From Macrostomum hystrix (taxonomy: Eukaryota > Animalia > Platyhelminthes): a stretch of DNA of 64,000 nucleotides. Made by a program: the position numbers and the translations under genes. Every line of letters begins with the position of its first letter. The first letter of the stretch is position 1. Shown piece by piece: positions 61,131-64,000 of the stretch. Location of the stretch: assembly GCA_950097015.1 (NCBI GenBank), contig CATNEN010000001.1, forward strand, positions 7,254,001 to 7,318,000. The letters are read 5' to 3'. The notes under the pieces are model-generated. The model searched no databases. It was not told the origin of the DNA and saw nothing but the letters and a program-made list of their open reading frames with translations.

Positions 61131-64000
61131 AACCTACCAGCCCCCGAAGGAAAATACTGCTTTGGACTCAAGGCAATTGAAACTCGCAGACTAAAAAAAT
61201 AACAATTTAAATCCAACCAGCCAAGCCGACCAGTTGAGCGACGACGAATCCGACAAGCCGCATCCGACAGCTGCCGAATTAGCTCGTGAAAGTCACCGAC
61301 GTATCCGTCAAGAGAGTCGGCGTCCAGCATCAGAATCCAACGATGCTCACCATCAGAGCCAGTTCGAGCATCAGGCACTGTACCATCCAGCATTAGACAA
61401 CGATCAGTCGAGCAGTTTTCCAGAACTGCCTCAATCTTTGTTAATTGCTGGAGCTAACGCGATAATTCTAACAAAACTTCCGGCTTTGTCTCCGATCAGT
61501 TTTCGGAAACGTCAATAGTCGATAATCTGCAGGCCGGATCTTGGAAAATAGGCCACGACGGATCAGATTATGCCCTATTCGAAAGTAAACAACGCTGGAA
61601 AAAGAACAAATCATGAATCTGTATTATTGCATTTACGCAGAACAGTAACGATTAAAAAAAACTGTGCTTTAGAAGCCTCTGTGTTTATCTATATTTAGCA
61701 GAAAGTCTTCTAGTAAAAAATTTAACAGTTTGCTGTATAATTATTTTATTGCATGCGCGTTTTGTTTTTTTCGTGCACAGTACAGAACATTTTTTCAAGG
61801 ATAGATCTTCATCAGAGGAGCTCCGCACAGAGCAACCGCCAGCAGAGGAGCTTTCGATGTGTGGCTCAATGATTATCTGTATCATGGACAGTGTGCAATT
61901 AAATGTCGATTAAAAAGCGGCGTTATAAAAGACTGGTCAGATGGCGATAGGACGGCAGTTTTGTTGCATAATATTAAAAATTGAACGGATCTAAAACTTA
62001 TACAGTTCCAATGCAGCTGAAAAGAGTTTTTTAGTAGAAAAGCTAAAATGTCTTGTTAAGTTGCTTTTTTTCAGTCCAGATGTCAGTTTCATACGTCCGA
62101 CGGTTTTAGCGGTTTCTGGAAGCACGAAGTCATTATTTTGCTGACCTCTGATAAGTATGTCTGCTATTTGCTTGACCTTATTCATAAGCGCCACTTAACT
62201 TAACTGCTATAATATAATTTAACCCCCCCCCCCAAATTTCCAGAAATCTGGTTGCAAATTTTTGTTATAGTCAACGGTTTAAAATCTTGCGTCTAATGAA
62301 TAATTTTACGTGGCAGTGATCATCAGCATTAAGCAGCATTCAAGACCACGCGCTGTCGTCTCGTGGTTATTCGGTCAAATGACCAGAGCACAGCAATATT
62401 TAAATGAATATTTTCTAGATCATACATACAACTTACAAGCTATAGACGAGACAATCAACTTCAAACTTATTTTTTGCCTAGTGCCTGAAATTATTACTAT
62501 TTTCACGAGGTGTTGTTGCTGCTTTTAAATGTTTGTTAGGGCCTACTTATATAATGACCATAAAACTGAACTTTGGTAAAAGCCACTTCATTAACGGCAT
62601 ACCTCTTCTGTAAAAAAATTAAATCTGATCTGATCTGAATTTATGGTCTAAAATATTATGAAAGGCAAAATATTTCAGTCCTGCTCTTGTACAAATTTGA
62701 GATATTAAGATATTACTTTTTTCTTTCTGTGTTTATTAGGCCCTAGCGAGGCGCACAAAGGTACATGTAGTCTAGTCTATATATGTGCATATTTGAAGTG
62801 TATTTTTTGAGCAAGAACGATAAACAAAAAGCATTTTTTATTTACAGAACAAAGATAAGCCTTAGGCCCCCTATATATATTTCAAAGAATTTCTTGGTAG
62901 CGTATTTAGTTAGTCTAGGTAGTGTATTTAGTTTTTCTGGCCAATACTTTATCATGTGTATGTACTTCTGAGTTGCTATATTAGTTTCTATTATTTCTAT
63001 ATGCTAAATTTCTTATAATTGAATACAATATACAAACAATATTGTTCTTTTTAATTAGCCTAAATCTATCTTCTCTTTTACAAATCACAATAATCTATTT
63101 TGTTTTGATGTACATGTGTTTACTACACTTTACATTGGCATCCAATTAAAAAACTGTCACCTTGGTGTGAAAACCTAGTTTTCTCAATTTTCTTTCTGGT
63201 GTGCTCTAGACTATAGTAGATTCATTTTTAAATCCCTAATTCCCCATGTCTAACTATGTGTAGTCACCCTGTGATAGGGAAGCCATTTAATAGAAAGTGG
63301 TTGTAAAAAACAAGTCAATAGTTTTCTTTTTTAAGAACTTACCTCCCCTGAAATTATTTATTTGAACACTGATTTATTAAACTACTAAAGCTAAAACTTT
63401 TTTATCGGATTGAAGATTAAGAAGCATAAAGTAAAAAAATTCAAAGGCTAATGAATAAGTATTGTATGACAAATAATATACTAAATGCAAGAACAGTGTA
63501 AATTTTTAAAGAAATTTCTAAAGTTTCAGGCTTTTGTCAATGAAATAGTCACTTTTTTACTTTTAATGAGTGCTTGAGTTTCTTTGTGAACACAATATTA
63601 GACAAATAAATAGTATTGAAAACATTAAACCAACACATTCTAACTATTATTAATAATATTACCAGAGTGTATTGTAATAATTACAAACCTAAGTAATTAA
63701 AATTTAATATTTGTACCTTGTCCCTTTGCTTTTTCATTTTTATTTTTGCTTTTATTTTGTTATATATTATATATAAAATTATGTATAATGGAAAGGGCTT
63801 CATTCCAGTTTATGTATGTAACTATAAGGAAGAATGAACAAATGATTATAGTCAGTTGTGAAATTATTGTCAAAGTTATAATCTCTGATTTATTTCTCAA
63901 TAGCTTTTTTCTGTGATTAAAAGAATTTACTTGCTTCTGTGATTTTTAATACAAACTTTTTCAAGGTAAATTTGACTCTCTTATTGAAAGCATGAGCTGA

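Larger units (their letters stand above)
58270..61518 (+). pseudogene. SLC26 (prestin/sulfate transporter-like) remnants: TM1 fragment 58270-58334, STAS exon 60279-60527, possible loop exon from 61234
   Basis: AE*IPGLKIFKFEGSLYFASAENYRNRL is a typical STAS start with an in-frame TAG at 60285; REYGPYD/FLSSISVGLFLLPNG|GT (1-bp frameshift) resembles the SLC26 D..SG..VG...PQG motif. Confidence 0.65.

Overview
Eukaryotic (animal) genomic DNA with GT-AG introns, not prokaryotic. Short Q/A-rich exons and introns packed with locus-specific 14-44 bp minisatellites suggest a free-living flatworm such as Macrostomum (inference only). Genes, left to right: signal-peptide exon of a secreted protein running off the left edge (-), membralin/TMEM259 (-), a 3-exon GPI-anchored Ly6/three-finger gene missed by the ORF track (+), MRPL48 (-), two tandem CRAL-TRIO (TTPA/clavesin-like) paralogues (-), an ECT2/pebble RhoGEF apparently lacking BRCT domains (+), Tbx2/3 (omb-like) (+), an LRR plus death-domain gene (LRRD1-like) (-), and broken SLC26 fragments (+). 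Mobile DNA: an internally deleted DD34D mariner with perfect TIRs, three tRNA-derived SINE families (one nested in another with a 17-bp TSD) and a CACTA-like MITE inside a minisatellite. About 30 tandem arrays produce most of the long spurious ORFs. Best leads, all hypotheses: 27 AGGTGTCA T-box-type sites in an intron of the T-box gene itself, intronic arrays carrying reiterated splice signals, the BRCT-less ECT2, an 8-Cys Ly6 protein, and a possible minor-class intron in ECT2. No CRISPR, rRNA or genuine tRNA gene was found.
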